Assembly (NCBI GenBank): GCA_043228905.1
Contig: JBHGNT010000014.1
Span: forward strand, 14,942,001 to 15,006,000
Direction: 5' to 3'
Length of the DNA: 64,000 bases
Source: Azolla caroliniana
Lineage: Eukaryota > Plantae > Polypodiophyta
The position numbers and the translations under genes were made by a program. The notes beneath the pieces were generated by a model, which was not told the DNA's origin, ran no database searches, and was given only the letters and a program-made list of their open reading frames with translations. Shown piece after piece: positions 37,352 through 50,689 of the stretch (positions are counted from its first letter, which is position 1; the number at the start of each line of letters is the position of its first letter).

Positions 37352-40300
37352 ATGGCTGCAGGACTCGGAGCGATGATGGCCTCCACCTTCTTTCTACCCT
37401 CTCCCTCTCACCCTCACCCTCACCCCCCCTCTGCAACTCGGCTTGCTCCCTTGTCTGTTCGCTCTGCTTTCAATCCTCGCCCTCCCATTAAGAAAACATC
37501 TCAGAAACCAACAGTCGTCGAGGAAGACATCTATAACATCGACACAGGACCTGAACTCTCCACCAAAGAGGTAAGCACACCAGAACAAACAACCCCCCCT
37601 CCCCCCCCCAAAAAAAAAAAAAAAAACCTTGTTTCGTTCTTCCTTACCGATGCATATGCTATTTTTGCTCATTGGAGGATACTCATTTCATTCATACATG
37701 CTTACAATGTCAGAAAGGTCTACACTTTGATGTTGTCCTACCAAATGTTCTGATTCTAGAGTCTCTGGGTATCTTGGTATTATGTGGAAAATCAAAGCTT
37801 GGGTCTGTCCAATGTCATGGATTCATTGGCCAAACTAACTCTTGATTGTTAATGTCTCGGGATATAACCCTATCTAAGAAAGGGGGAATGTTATTTGCTC
37901 AAGGGAACCATCTCCATTCTCTTACTGTATACCGGGTCTCTGTTGCATAGAAAATTGAGCTCGGCTGTGCTCCAAACACGTTGCATGCCAGGAGATGCTA
38001 ACATGTGATTATTAACATCTCAATGTGTAGCTCTACTGGCGACAAAGGTGAGCGCTGCACAATTGCAGTTGTTTCAAACATTTTGTATGTGATGTGCCTA
38101 CACTTAATTGCTAATGTAACAATATATATCCCTGCTTAAGTAGGGGGAAATTTATTGGCATAATGAACCCATCTCCATCATCTTTTACCATTGTACCAAT
38201 GTTCTCATTGTAGAGTACTGGTCTCTGGTACATTGACAATCAATCTTGGTTCTATCTGGATTGTGGTTTGTGCTGCTAACATTTGATTGTAAATGGTGTT
38301 TCCAATTAGGATGTTGTAAATTTCATCAATGCTGCAAATAATTCTTGCTACTTCAATTATTTTTATATTGTGTTATCTGTTTAAATACCAATAATGAATG
38401 TTTGTTTTCAAAGATAATTGAATTGGCAGGTGTTCAAGTTCCAAAACGTTTGGTGCAACAACTTCAACAAGAGAAAAAGAAGATAAAAACTAAGCCACAG
38501 AAAGAAGCCACTCCTGTTAGAAAGACTCACAAAATTCTCCGGGTAAATGGTAGATCATTTATCTTCTTTGTTTGTGCTGCACTATTTGCTTGTGGAGCAA
38601 TTTCTTCTTCATCATTGCTAAATGTGTAAGCTTACTTTCAAGGAGGTAACAAGTGAACTATATTAATATATCATGTGATGAGAATGGTGTGAAAATCTTT
38701 CTGATATATCAAATAGTATACTATCAATGGCTTTGAATGAATTCAAATAGAATATATCTTTATTGTCCACGAGGAAGCCAAATTTGACCTATGGGACCAA
38801 ATCAACATATCGTCTTGTATGTGACTCCTTCCTAAGAAGGGGATTACTACTTAAAACTCCGTATTTGAAAATAATGCACACACATATGTGCTCACCCTGG
38901 AGTTTTGAGTATGAAACTTAATTTATCATGCCCATCTGGCATGTCACCATACTTCTCATGAATTATCTTATATTTTGAGCTTGCAAGAAGTAAATGATAT
39001 TCATTCTCCACTAGGTTTTCATTTCATACCTTGTATATCTTCATATTTGGGTGATGATGCCATGATGCTACCTCAACACTTAACTTGTGTGAGCGAGTTT
39101 GAAGAAGTGTTAAGGCTCTTCGAGAGCCAAGGCTCATGGGGGTAGTAAGCTGCAGTTGGATACATTTTGAGATTTTTACCTTGTATTGGGCTCACCATTG
39201 ATGGTTAGCATTTGCAATGTTATATTTCATTTTTGACATATTAGTATCTTGCCACTTCATTCTTAGTGCCTCTAATAATCTGTCCTCGATGATCACATAC
39301 TTCATAGCATGTCCTGAGAGCCCCAATAGATCTTTTACCCCCCATATGTGAAAACCATTTTATAACGTCAAGCACCTGACCAGATGAGAGAATTTTTCTC
39401 TTATTGTTTTTTTTACCTTGCATCCTATATTCCAAGTCTGTTTTGGCAATCTTTGATCGAGCATATTCTTGACCTTTGTGATATACTCGTACACTCTTTG
39501 CATGTCTAGTACTTCTTTGGGCTGAGCACTTGTCTTAAATAGCATGACAAGATAGGACGTTGGGGATTTAGCTCCTGATTGTCTATGTAAGAACAAATTC
39601 TGAATTTCTCTATTTTATTCCATGCACTAAGCAAGATGGTCTCACTACACACTTCCACTCTATGTAGCAACAATTGGGCCACCATAGCATTGCATAAGAT
39701 TAATCTCCCTACCCATCCTCAAGTATCAGTTTTGTTGCATTGATTCTCAAACATATAATAACTGTTCCAACCTGCTTGAAGTCTAGACTCATAACATAAA
39801 ATCTACTTACTGATGGGACATTAATACCAAGATATTTCAAGATTTGCACTTGTATTGGTTCTCCCTTCCATGTATGGGTGGGCTAGTGTCTTGGTTGTAT
39901 TCCCTTCATTCTCATCATTTTTGTTTTTTCTACATTAACAGTCAGCCTGCTGATTTGACAAAATGTTTCCAATACATCAAGTACGTGTTTCATATCATCC
40001 AAAGTATATGAGAATAACACATCAGCAGCATATAGGAGTATTAAAATAATACTCTTGCATGAGTATTGGGCCATCTAGTAATCCTTCTCTTCTTTTGCAA
40101 TCTTGTTTCCTATTTCTTCATGATATATTAGACTGAACCCAGAGTTTGCCCTTCTGAATATAAAAATTAAAGTGATTCATATGGAGTGTACAACCATCAC
40201 TTTCATCAAGCATAGCATAAAAAAGCTCTATGGCATACCTACTGAGGACATCATACCCACCACGACATGAATGATTGTAAAAGAACCAATTGACAAATTC

Positions 40301-43300
40301 AACTGTGATGAGAAGCAGAAGCAAGCCAATATATATCAAATAATTTTAACAAAACACAGGAAATATTGCTGCCTTGGAGCATATCCAGGAAGTAGCGGAA
40401 AGGCATACATTCATAAAACCATACCAAGGGTTAATTTTTGAATATAAGAGCCAAAGAAGACTGCCAAAAGAAGAGAAAAAGTGAAACATATTTTGGAAAG
40501 GAAAAGTGTAAACGAGAATAAATTGATAACATAAATGTACATGTGAAAAACCAAAAAAGTAGTATTTATAGCCCTAGGGATGTAAGATGGGGACATATAG
40601 TTCATTGGGCAAGAGTACTGACACCCCATACCATGGGGAGGCATCCCAACCTAATGGAACCCGTTTCTGATTCTGCTTTCCTCCTCGTACAACCTCCCAC
40701 CAACCACAAAATGTGTGAATGTGTAATATGTTTGTTGTCATATTGGAACTTCACAAACCGTTGCATATCATCTAAAATATGAGAATAACACATCATTGGT
40801 CATTTGATCACACTAAGAGTAATTATGGAAAATCAACTTCAAGGGAAACATTATATCGTTGTTTTGTGGACTTCAAGAAAGCTTTTGACACTGTACCAAG
40901 GAGTGAGCTTTGGAAAAGAATGATCAAGATTAGAATGCAATTAGAACATGAGCATTTGTAGCACGATTATATGAGCAAGTTAGATGCCAATTGAAAATGG
41001 ATAGTCTTGAGCAACATTGGGTTCAAGCAATGGTGTCCAATCTCCCAAATGACGTATTGGAAGGTTTGTGTTCATATATGTTCTCATAACATGCAAAGAG
41101 GGCAATTATCTAGTTTAATTTAATGAAATGTATTGTGGTAATGGGGCATACTGGATTGTATTGTCACCTATGAGACCTATTAGATTCCATAATGCGAACA
41201 CAAGCAGTCACCTTAGGCTAGGAGTAGTAATTAAGAGTGTCACTTGTGAATTGACACATCAACTGCTACAGTGCATGTTTTGACATGGCTGATGAAAGCA
41301 GAAAGAGTTGTGTATTAATTTGTGCCATGTTGAGCATACAAATTGTTATATCATAAATTATGCAGTGCCATCTCTATTGTATGTGGATCGATTCACTGAT
41401 CTCTGTTTTCTTCCAGGTTATTTCAGGAAAGGCTAGTGGTAAGAAGTTGCTGTCGGTTGCTGACAGCAGTGTCCGGCCAATGATGGAAATTGTTCGTGGG
41501 GCGGTATTTGACATGTTGCAGGTGGCTGTTGTCTAGTCATTATGAAGAATCAATGTAAAATGATGTCTTATGCTCAATTCTAGGCTCGAATTCATGGCTT
41601 TTGTTTTGTTTTGTGACATTCTAGGCTCGAATTCATGGCTTCAAGAGTTTCACATCTAGTGGCAGATGGCTGGATCTATATAGTGGCACTGGCTCAGTTG
41701 GAATCGAAGCTCTCAGCAGAGGATGTACCTCAGTAATTTTTTTTTGAGCTTAGAAAATAAAGCAGTGTGTTGTCTTTACATTCACATAAAAACAAAAAAA
41801 TCAGCCGTTTGACAAAAGCTTGAAGTTTGGTATGGGATTCTAGGGCCTATATAGTTATTTGTAACGTACTTAAGTAATTCTCTTCTTTTCTGCCCTTTGG
41901 AAATAAAGCACCGTATGTTAAGTTGTCCTTAAATTCACATAAAAACAAATAAATCTTGTGACAAAAGCTTGATGTTTGGTATGGGTTTCTGGGACCTATA
42001 TAATTATTTTGTTATGTATCTCAGTAATTTTCTTCTTTTCCGTCCTTCGAAAACAAAGCGCAGTGTGTTAAGTTGTCCTTATATTCACATCAAAACAAAT
42101 CATTCTTGTGACAAAAGCTTGAAGTTTGGCATGGGATTCGTTTGACCTATATAGTTATTCGTATCTGTGGGTTCTCTAATGGATTGCAGGCTTTTACATT
42201 TCTGACAATAATTTAGTGCGAGTAAATGAAAAAAGAGTATAGAAACGTCTTGGGCTAAGTTTTTTATTATCGAAGTTCATTTATTGATCCTTGGTGTTTC
42301 TGAAGCATATGTATTACTGTTATGATAGAACAGGCACACTTTGTTGAGATGGATCCTTGGATAATAGCAAATGTTCTCAAGAAAAACTTAGAAAGCACAG
42401 ATTTTACTTCTAATTCTCTGGTGCACATTATGAAAGTCGAAGCATTTTTGCAGCGTGCGTCAAAAATAGGTATTGATTAAAATCACGATTTCTTAAAAGA
42501 ATATGCTCACCTCTTTGAATTATTATGGATGCTGTTAACTTGTCAACAATTCTATTCGTTTTTTGTTGATGTATTTGATGATGTTAATTGGTTTTAGGTG
42601 TGACTGAACCCTTTGATTTTGTAAGTGTGACTCCTCCTTATGAAGAAGTCAATTACACTGAACTCTTGGGTCAACTTTCATCCTCATCAGTTTTGGGGAA
42701 AGATACATTTGTGGTATGTCAAATAAATAATAAAGTCAAGCCATGAGATATTAGCAAAGAATAAGAGAAATCTTTAATTGTTTTTGATACTTTAACAATA
42801 TTAATTTTTGGTACCCTCGCTTCAAGAGCATAGTTGCAGAAAAGGAAGGAACATGTATTCATTAGGGGTCAAGATTGGCCAATGGGACAACTCATGGTTA
42901 CAAATATGAGTAGCTTCAGGTTATCAGTACTAAAAAAATAAACGCTCTAGGTTCCCTAATGCTCTATGATAATGATGTTAATGTGTGATTTGCCTTTAAT
43001 ATGGTAATGATTCTCGACATGGTTTTACAAACGCGAAGTGCATAACTACTATGTATGGTATGAGTAGCGGTGAGATATCCAATTTTGGTTGGTGTGGTGG
43101 AATGAAGCAATGACGAAGTACATTGACTGCATCTTGGTGTCTTGATATGATAACCAACATTACATGCCTTGTATCCCGGTACTTGGAGTCTCCATTGTCT
43201 TTGGCATTCTCTGCTCACCCATGGTTACTCCTCGTCTCATTGTCAGTAAAGATGATCATTTGTTGGAGGACGGTGTACTAGGTGAAGAGTGGCATAATTG

Positions 43301-45046
43301 CCCCTTATGTATTTTAAGGCTGGACATCTACACACCATGTGTTCCTTGCTCTTGACCTCTCCTTGAGGTAACTTGGTGTCTTGATATGATAACCAACATT
43401 ATATGCCTTGTATCCCGGTACTTGGAGTCTCCATTGTCTTTAGCATTCTCTGCTCACCCATAGTTACTCGTTGTCACATTGTCAGTAAAGATGATCATTT
43501 GTTGGAGGATGGTGTACTAGGTGAAGAGTGGCATAATTGCCCCTTATGTATTTTAAGGCTGGACATCTACACACCATGTGTTCCTTGCTCTTGACCTCTC
43601 CTTGAGGTAACTTGGTGTCTTGATATGATAACCAACATTATATGCCTTGTATCCCGGTACTTGGAGTCTCCATTGTCTTTAGCATTCTCTGCTCACCCAT
43701 AGTTACTCGTTGTCACATTGTCAGTAAAGATGATCATTTGTTGGAGGATGGTGTACTAGGTGAAGAGTGGCATAATTGCCCCTTATGTATTTTAAGGCTG
43801 GACATCTACACACCATGTGTTCCTTGCTCTTGACCTCTCCTTGAGGTAACTTGCAAAGACTGCTGACCCTAGGTATACAAAGTGCTCCAATGCATTGATC
43901 CCTAGCTGGTGTAAGGGACTTGGAGTTGGTCTGTTCAGAATCTCAAGTTCTTAGATATCTAGATTTTTTAGTACCTATGTTTCGTTATATTTATTTTGGT
44001 TTGTTGCTCTCAAAGAAGAGAAAACATTTTAAGATGTAATCTCTTCTTCAGTCTTGTAGGCTAGTTTTACCTCCAATAGATATTAATATAGATTTCTTTC
44101 AGAGCTCTTCTCAGATATTCAAACTCTAAGAGGGGAACTCCATATATTTAGTAGACGTACACCTCAACTCTAAACCCTAAATCGATGAAAAGTATCTGTC
44201 AAGTAGTTTGAGAGTTCCAAACTCTTGCAAGGGAGTCAGATGTGCTTGGAGGCACATACCTTAATCACATGGCCAACCATAAGCTAGTTTACTGATTCGG
44301 CATTTCCTAGTTTGATCACTACATATTGACAGGGATGGGGGATGTTTTTGTTTTAGTGCATTGAGTGTCTTGCTTTGTTCATCAAGTTTGTAAACTTAGA
44401 TATTTGGCAACTGATTCCTAAATAACGCTAATGAATTTATTTTGCAAAATAAAGCATGACATTAAAAAGCAGAATAACTGTTATATGCTAATTAGGTGCA
44501 AATGAAAAGATTGATTTCAATTCTCAAGAATTTCATTCCATGTATTTTATGGTTTCATTTTCAGATTGTTGAGTATCCCTCTGAAGTGGATATTATTGAT
44601 AGCTGTGGCCCAATCAATAAGGTATTTATATTCTCTCCCCATAGCTGATTAAGCAATTTCTTTGAAGATAGTATTCTCAATGATATGTCATAAACAGTAA
44701 CATAAATATCTTTTGAAGCTAGATTTTCGCAACTATTCTGTTTGAATGAGCAGTTACATAGTTCTCGTATAAAAGAACTAGAATCACTATTGTTTATTAT
44801 GGTTCTTATGTGTAAGTCTACATGTAAGGGTATGCATTCAAGCATTGAAATGGAACAAATTATCTTAAAACTGAACAAAAATATGTAACTTATTATTGTT
44901 CCTAAAGGCTAAACTTTTCTGCAACTATCTGATGAGAGCATGCAAGAAAATTTGATTTTCTGTATGCATTATTGCAGATTATACATAGGAGATATGGTCG
45001 AACACATGTGGCAATCTATGGCCCTGAGTGGGCAGTACGGTTATGA
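37352..45046 (+). CDS. RsmD: Plastid RsmD-family 16S rRNA m2G methyltransferase (At3g28460-like), 8 exons, about 312 aa
   Basis: GT-AG exons that join in frame: 37352-37570, 38414-38542, 41417-41521, 41625-41732, 42334-42469, 42598-42713, 44565-44621, 44978-45046. Motifs: VRPMMEIVRGAVF, SAM motif WLDLYSGTGSVGIEALSRG, HFVEMDPW, FDFVSVTPPY, IVEYP, RRYGRTHVAIYGP. The N-terminus resembles a Ser/Pro-rich transit peptide. Confidence 0.93.
39020..40120 (-). mobile_element. Degraded non-LTR retrotransposon (RTE/L2-like) RT 3' fragment in RsmD intron 2
   Basis: LLYAADVLF...LETFCQISRLTVNVEKTKMM (YADD and NxxKTK motifs). Homologous to 45830-46950. The clade is uncertain. Confidence 0.7.
40790..41050 (+). 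mobile_element. Short non-LTR RT fragment in RsmD intron 2
   Basis: LYRCFVDFKKAFDTVPRSELW followed by a GxKQWCPISP-like motif. Confidence 0.65.
41729..42165. repeat. Three diverged ~145-bp tandem units in RsmD intron 4, starting at the exon 4 donor
   Basis: Units start at about 41730, 41871 and 42021 (T(C/A)AGTAATT...TTCACAT...TGACAAAAGCTTGA...GGTATGGG...CCTATATA). Confidence 0.8.
43133..43853. repeat. 239-bp tandem triplication in RsmD intron 6
   Basis: Units at 43133, 43372 and 43611; copies 2 and 3 look identical and copy 1 is slightly diverged; CTTG microhomology at the junctions. Confidence 0.95.
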
Positions 45047-45829
45047 TTGTTATGTGGGTAAAGATCAGCATATTATATATACAAGCATAGCACATATTAA
45101 GTTGAGCTACGGAAAAGCTATGGCCATGATTGGAAAAACCAACTTTCTCACAAATGCAGAGATCTCTCTGAAGTGACAAACACTCTGCCGAAACCTGAAA
45201 GATGATGGCATCCCATTTGATCAGATCTACTGCCATCTTAGGCTTCTGTTTCGAATATATCCTCATTGTTATACAATTCAAGGCTCAGTTCAGTGAAAGT
45301 TCAAACTTGGGCCAATTGCAATCTGGCGTTTAATGTGTTGCAATCACTTTTTGCCTCTCAACTATGGCCTAAATGATTACATCCTCAGGAAGATAGAGCG
45401 AAAACAGGTGCATGCATAGTATTAAGTATTATGCATGGTGTACGAGGATTACTTTTTTCTCTAATAAAATAATAGCAAATGCTTTGAAAGGTTGTCTAAA
45501 AGATCTTGAATGAGTATTGTGCTCATTTCCATGTAATCTTGTACTTTCATATTTTATTGCTACCCATGGATATCTCTGGATTTCAACATAAGGAGTGTTT
45601 TGGAAGTTTGTCTAAATATCTGTAGTGGGTCTTTTGTGCTCATTTTTTATAATCTTGTACTTTCCTCTTCTTTTTGTTACTTGTGGATGAAACAACCTTC
45701 TTGACATCACTTGGCATATGTTGACATCTCTTGATATGTATGTAATGTTGAGGAGACAACCTTCTTCACATCCTGAGCTATAAGCCTATATATACCTATA
45801 TATACAATCAATTTTTATGGATGAAGCCA

Positions 45830-46950
45830 GATTTGTCCCCTGCTTATTCTTCATTGCATACCTTGCATTCTAATGCCGTAATGTTGCTGCAATGTCTAAC
45901 TTGTATGAGTGAGTTTGAAGAATTGTGAGGGCGTTGCATGAGTTAAGGTTCACAACTGTGACAAGTTGTGGTTGAATATGTTTTGGCACTCTTGCATTAT
46001 ACTGGGTGTTAACTGCGTTGATGTTATGGTGGTCTAACTATTACTTTATGAAGTGGAAGCATAGATTTGACACTATTGAATTTAGTGTATGGAATAAGAT
46101 AGAGAAATCTCAAAAAATGTTCATAAGGAGAATTGAGAGTCAAATTCTCCACATCCTTTTAGGTTATGCTACTAGAAACAAGTGCTTGCCCCATATCTTA
46201 GGTTGAAAAGGGTATGTGTGTGTATTACATAAGTAAAAAATATGTCAGATTACATTTTGTCAAAACTTGCGTAGAACATAGGATGTGACATACAAAAATC
46301 TAATAAGAGCAAAATCTAATAGGTGCAAGACATCAAGAAAAGTTTAAATGATGATAAAATATATTGAAGCTCTCGGGTGATGCTTCGAAGCAAGTGATCA
46401 TCAATGAAAGGCTAGTATAGGCATTGAGAATAAAATGGCAATATGCTAAAAATTCAAAACTAGAATATCACCTCACAAACAATCCTTCTATACCTAATTA
46501 TCACTTTGGTTGCGTTGAATTCTAAGATATGTAAGAATTGGCCTGAACTTGCTTGAAGTCAAAACTTACAACATACACTATTTGTTTGTTGTTGGGACAT
46601 CGTCACATCACTACCAATATATTTGAAACTTCGTATCACTTGTATTGGTTCTTTGGTATATTTAAAAATGGGACAATTACTTGGTTTAATGGCCTTTATT
46701 GTCACAATTTTTGTTTTGTCTACATTAAAAATTTGCTCACTCATGTGGCAAAATGTTTCCAAAACACAAGCCTCATTATATCAGAAGAGCACAACATCGT
46801 TTGCATAAATAAGTTTTGGGTTCTTTAGTTTTTCTTCTTTTGTAACCTTCTTTACTTTTTTTTGTTTACCACATCAATCAAAGAATGAGGGAGAGACTTT
46901 GCTTGATCTACATAATACTTGGAAAGTATTTGTTAGTTGGAAAGAGGCAA
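45830..46950 (-). mobile_element. Degraded non-LTR retrotransposon fragment with an internal inversion
   Basis: METFCHMSEQIFNVDKTKIV...SFKYIG on the minus strand. The flanks are collinear with 39020-40120, but about 46005-46495 matches it in the opposite orientation. Confidence 0.6.
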
Positions 46951-48184
46951 AGCCAGGCAAAATGGTTTCCTTGATTCTTGTAAGAAGGATGGTTTAACCC
47001 TCCTTCGTGGTGCCTCTTAGATAATGAGAAAGCTTAGGCTCACTTGACACATACCTACTCCATGAGTAAGGGCTACATTTCCTAAATAAAATGAATTCCA
47101 ATATCATATAAAAAAAACTTTGACACTCTTCATTTAGTCCATGTGTTTAGCAATGTGGGAGTATCCAAAGGTCAAATATATAAGAGGAAGATCTTTCTCT
47201 TTCTTTTTTAACAATAAAAACAACCAAGAGATATCTTTTCTTTTCATCCAAAGCTCTAATCAGTAAGAGGAAGATCTATCTCTTCTTTTTGCAATAATAG
47301 GTTGCAGGGATAGTTCTCTAGAAGACTCGTAGCATGATTAGGATGTAGTGCCCGGAATTACAGGAAAATAGAATATGAAGCCATGACCACAATGATAATG
47401 AGATATTGTAGAACATCGGCTTTTAGGGATGCATTGATTATAGCCGATGACTACAAAGATGGTGGGGAAGGAAACAATACTCGATATCCAGCAGTAAATG
47501 TAAACTCATTGGACAGGGGTAATCATTCTGGTCTCGGGATTCATTGAATCCTTCATCAAATTTCAACCAATATCTAGCTTGCTTATATAATCTTGCTTAT
47601 ACTTTTATGATTTTTTTTATTATCTCTACCATTGTACCCCAAAGCTCACTTGTATCGTATCAAAAACTTTCTTGAAGTCTACAAAACAACAATGAAGTAT
47701 TTTCACTTTCACTTGAAGTTACTTCCTTCCATAAGCACTCTTATTATGATCTAATGATGAAGAGTGGAATATTTTGTTCAAAAGCTTCCTTGCCATTCTC
47801 ATTTGTCATGACTTTCAACTCATCAATTAATCTTTTCTGTACCATAAAATTTGGCCATAACTAAGCTAACCATATGATTGTACATTGGATGTATACTTGA
47901 TTTTTATCTCCTCCTTTGTGGATTGGTTTAATCCAAATCATGAGCCAATATTTTAGAAAGAGTTATTTTATTTTTTTCCAAAAAAAAACTAGAAAGAGTT
48001 ATTTAATAGCTTGATCTTGGTAGTTGCTATAATATGTTGGAAAGTGTTGATCTTGTCCATATCAAGAGCTCACTTGTCATTAATATATTGCATTTGGTAT
48101 GTTGTAATTCAATATATTTTTTTGTTCCTTTATTAAAATCTCCAGCATCAATGCATGTATTATTTAGTGTTTCAATACTTTCTT

Positions 48185-50012
48185 TCTTTTTTCCAAAAAA
48201 GAACTCCTTCCATTAGTTATAAAATTTTACAAATGAGATGATTATGTATAAATCCATGTAGGGACACGATAGTTCCATCTTATGTGGATGCCCACTGACT
48301 CAAGAAAGGGAGAGGATGACCATTGTTGGATGAAGGTTATTCGTTGTCTTTCAACTCCATCAGAGCTACCCTTGAGGCCATCATATTGGCTCTTTAGAGT
48401 GGTTACAATTTCACTCCATATCTCTTGCAGTAACATTGTTGGATGCGCGGTTTGGTTAGAGAAGACTCGTCTACACCGTTGTTTCCATGGAATCCAAAGA
48501 GTTATTGGGTTGACCAATTCCAACACAACTTGAGATTTGTCATTAAGAGGAGTTGAGTGGACATTGTCGATGGTGGAATAAAAAACCTCTTGTGCTTTTA
48601 TCACCAAAGTCATCCCCTCCTCTTGATGCTCGTATCTGCCAACTGGGGTCTGCCATGATAGCCAACATATACTTCCCCACTTGATTGAGCCTTGCACCTG
48701 GCATAATTGCAACAAGCGGCCAACCCACCACCATATTCAATGGGCCATTGGGCAGTCCCACAGAGTGTGTCATATTGATTCTATTGCATTTGGACACTCT
48801 ACACAATTAGGAGAGCTAAGGTTCCCATGTTGCCATGCTCCCACCAGTAGTGACTTATGTATTAATAGCCATTGGAACGTGGTAATTCGCCTCAGGTGTT
48901 GTTGTTTCCAGATTTTCTGCCAAAACTTGGTGATAATTGTGTGAGGAACTTGATATGTGTGCCAGACCTTTGCAGATTATATAAAGAGTTACAACCTGGA
49001 ATCCAAAGAGTTATTGGGTTGACCAATTCCAACACAACTTGAGATTTGTCATTAAGAGGAGTTGAGTGGACATTGTCGATGGTGGAATAAAAAACCTCTT
49101 GTGCTTTTATCACCAAAGTCATCCCCTCCTCTTGATGCTCGTATCTGCCAACTGGGGTCTGCCATGATAGCCAACATATACTTCCCCACTTGATTGAGCC
49201 TTGCACCTGGCATAATTGCAACAAGCGGCCAACCCACCACCATATTCAATGGGCCATTGGGCAGTCCCACAGAGTGTGTCATATTGATTCTATTGCATTT
49301 GGACACTCTACACAATTAGGAGAGCTAAGGTTCCCATGTTGCCATGCTCCCACCAGTAGTGACTTATGTATTAATAGCCATTGGAACGTGGTAATTCGCC
49401 TCAGGTGTTGTTGTTTCCAGATTTTCTGCCAAAACTTGGTGATAATTGTGTGAGGAACTTGATATGTGTGCCAGACCTTTGCAGATTATATAAAGAGTTA
49501 CAACCTGGAATCCAAAGAGTTATTGGGTTGACCAATTCCAACACAACTTGAGATTTGTCATTAAGAGGAGTTGAGTGGACATTGTCAATGGTGGAATAAA
49601 AAACCTCTTGTGCTTTTATCACCAAAGTCATCCCCTCCTCTTGATGCTCGTATCTGCCAACTGGGGTCTGCCATGATAGCCAACATATACTTCCCCACTT
49701 GATTGAGCCTTGCACCTGGCATAATTGCAACAAGCGGCCAACCCACCACCATATTCAATGGGCCATTGGGCAGTCCCACAGAGTGTGTCATATTGATTCT
49801 ATTGCATTTGGACACTCTACACAATTAGGAGAGCTAAGGTTCCCATGTTGCCATGCTCCCACCAGTAGTGACTTATGTATTAATAGCCATTGGAACGTGG
49901 TAATTCGCCTCAGGTGTTGTTGTTTCCAGATTTTCTGCCAAAACTTGGTGATAATTGTGTGAGGAACTTGATATGTGTGCCAGACCTTTGCAGATTATAT
50001 AAAGAGTTACAA
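48185..50012 (-). mobile_element. L1-type LINE 3' fragment containing a 509-bp triplication
   Basis: zf-RVT-like CRVSKC...TH and LWIPWKQRCRRVF motifs on the minus strand; T-rich tail at about 48178-48192. Confidence 0.7.
48488..50012. repeat. 509-bp tandem triplication, near-identical
   Basis: Units at 48488, 48997 and 49506; identical ORFs recur at 509-bp spacing; one visible SNP near 49587. Confidence 0.95.
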
Positions 50013-50235
50013 ACCAACTCTCTCTTGTATAAGGCCAAGATTATGTTTCCAGATAATAGAACAATTCTCATTACTATCTCCGCAATGAATGTTACAAACC
50101 AACTCTTTTATAGAAGGCCAATATTATGTTTCCCAATAATAGATCAGTTCTCATTACTATCTCCTCCATGAGAGCAGTCAATATAAGGATTTTATACAAT
50201 ATAAGTACAAAAAAGAATAAAAAATATAGACAACT

Positions 50236-50689
50236 TATTAGAGCTTAGTCCTAATGTAAGAGATAAGTAAATAATAGATTGATAGATTGATACAAAAGAG
50301 AGAGAAAGAAGGGTGTTTATCCACTCGACCACCCCCGAGCGAAGGGATCGAGATGAACTTGAGCCTCGATTGGTGTCCCATACTACCGTCATGGCGTCGA
50401 GTCATAACTGGTATTGGCACGCTCACTACAAGTGCCTCTTCACCACACAATCAGAGTCTCGAAGTAGTCAAAATAATGTCAAATGAGCGTGATTTGCCCT
50501 CATATTTATAGCTAGACCTAAGATCCCCATGCCAGTTCACACTTGACATTGATGGGTTGTCTCAATCCCTAGGATTAAAAGTAATCCTCCCTTCTTTACA
50601 CTCTTGTTTAACCCTCACATGTTATCCTAATGTGTAGAATACTATTGTACAAACTTACCACGAGATATTTTATGGTCGTGCCTGTAACA
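50236..50689. mobile_element. Solo LTR (same family as 24585-25057 and 61335-61926)
   Basis: TSD CAACT on both sides; ends TATTA (probably mutated TGTTA)...TAACA. Shares CCAC(T/C)CGACCACCCCCGAGC and CCTCATATTTATA with 24585-25057. Confidence 0.8.

Noticed and set aside
43164-43833. Three near-identical 63-aa ORFs as a small-peptide gene cluster
   Set aside because: They are a by-product of the 239-bp intronic triplication, with no recognisable motif or separate gene signals.
44925-44955. CTGATGA...GAAA hammerhead-like motif (another at about 41289)
   Set aside because: The flanks cannot form the required stems, and both lie in ordinary intron sequence.
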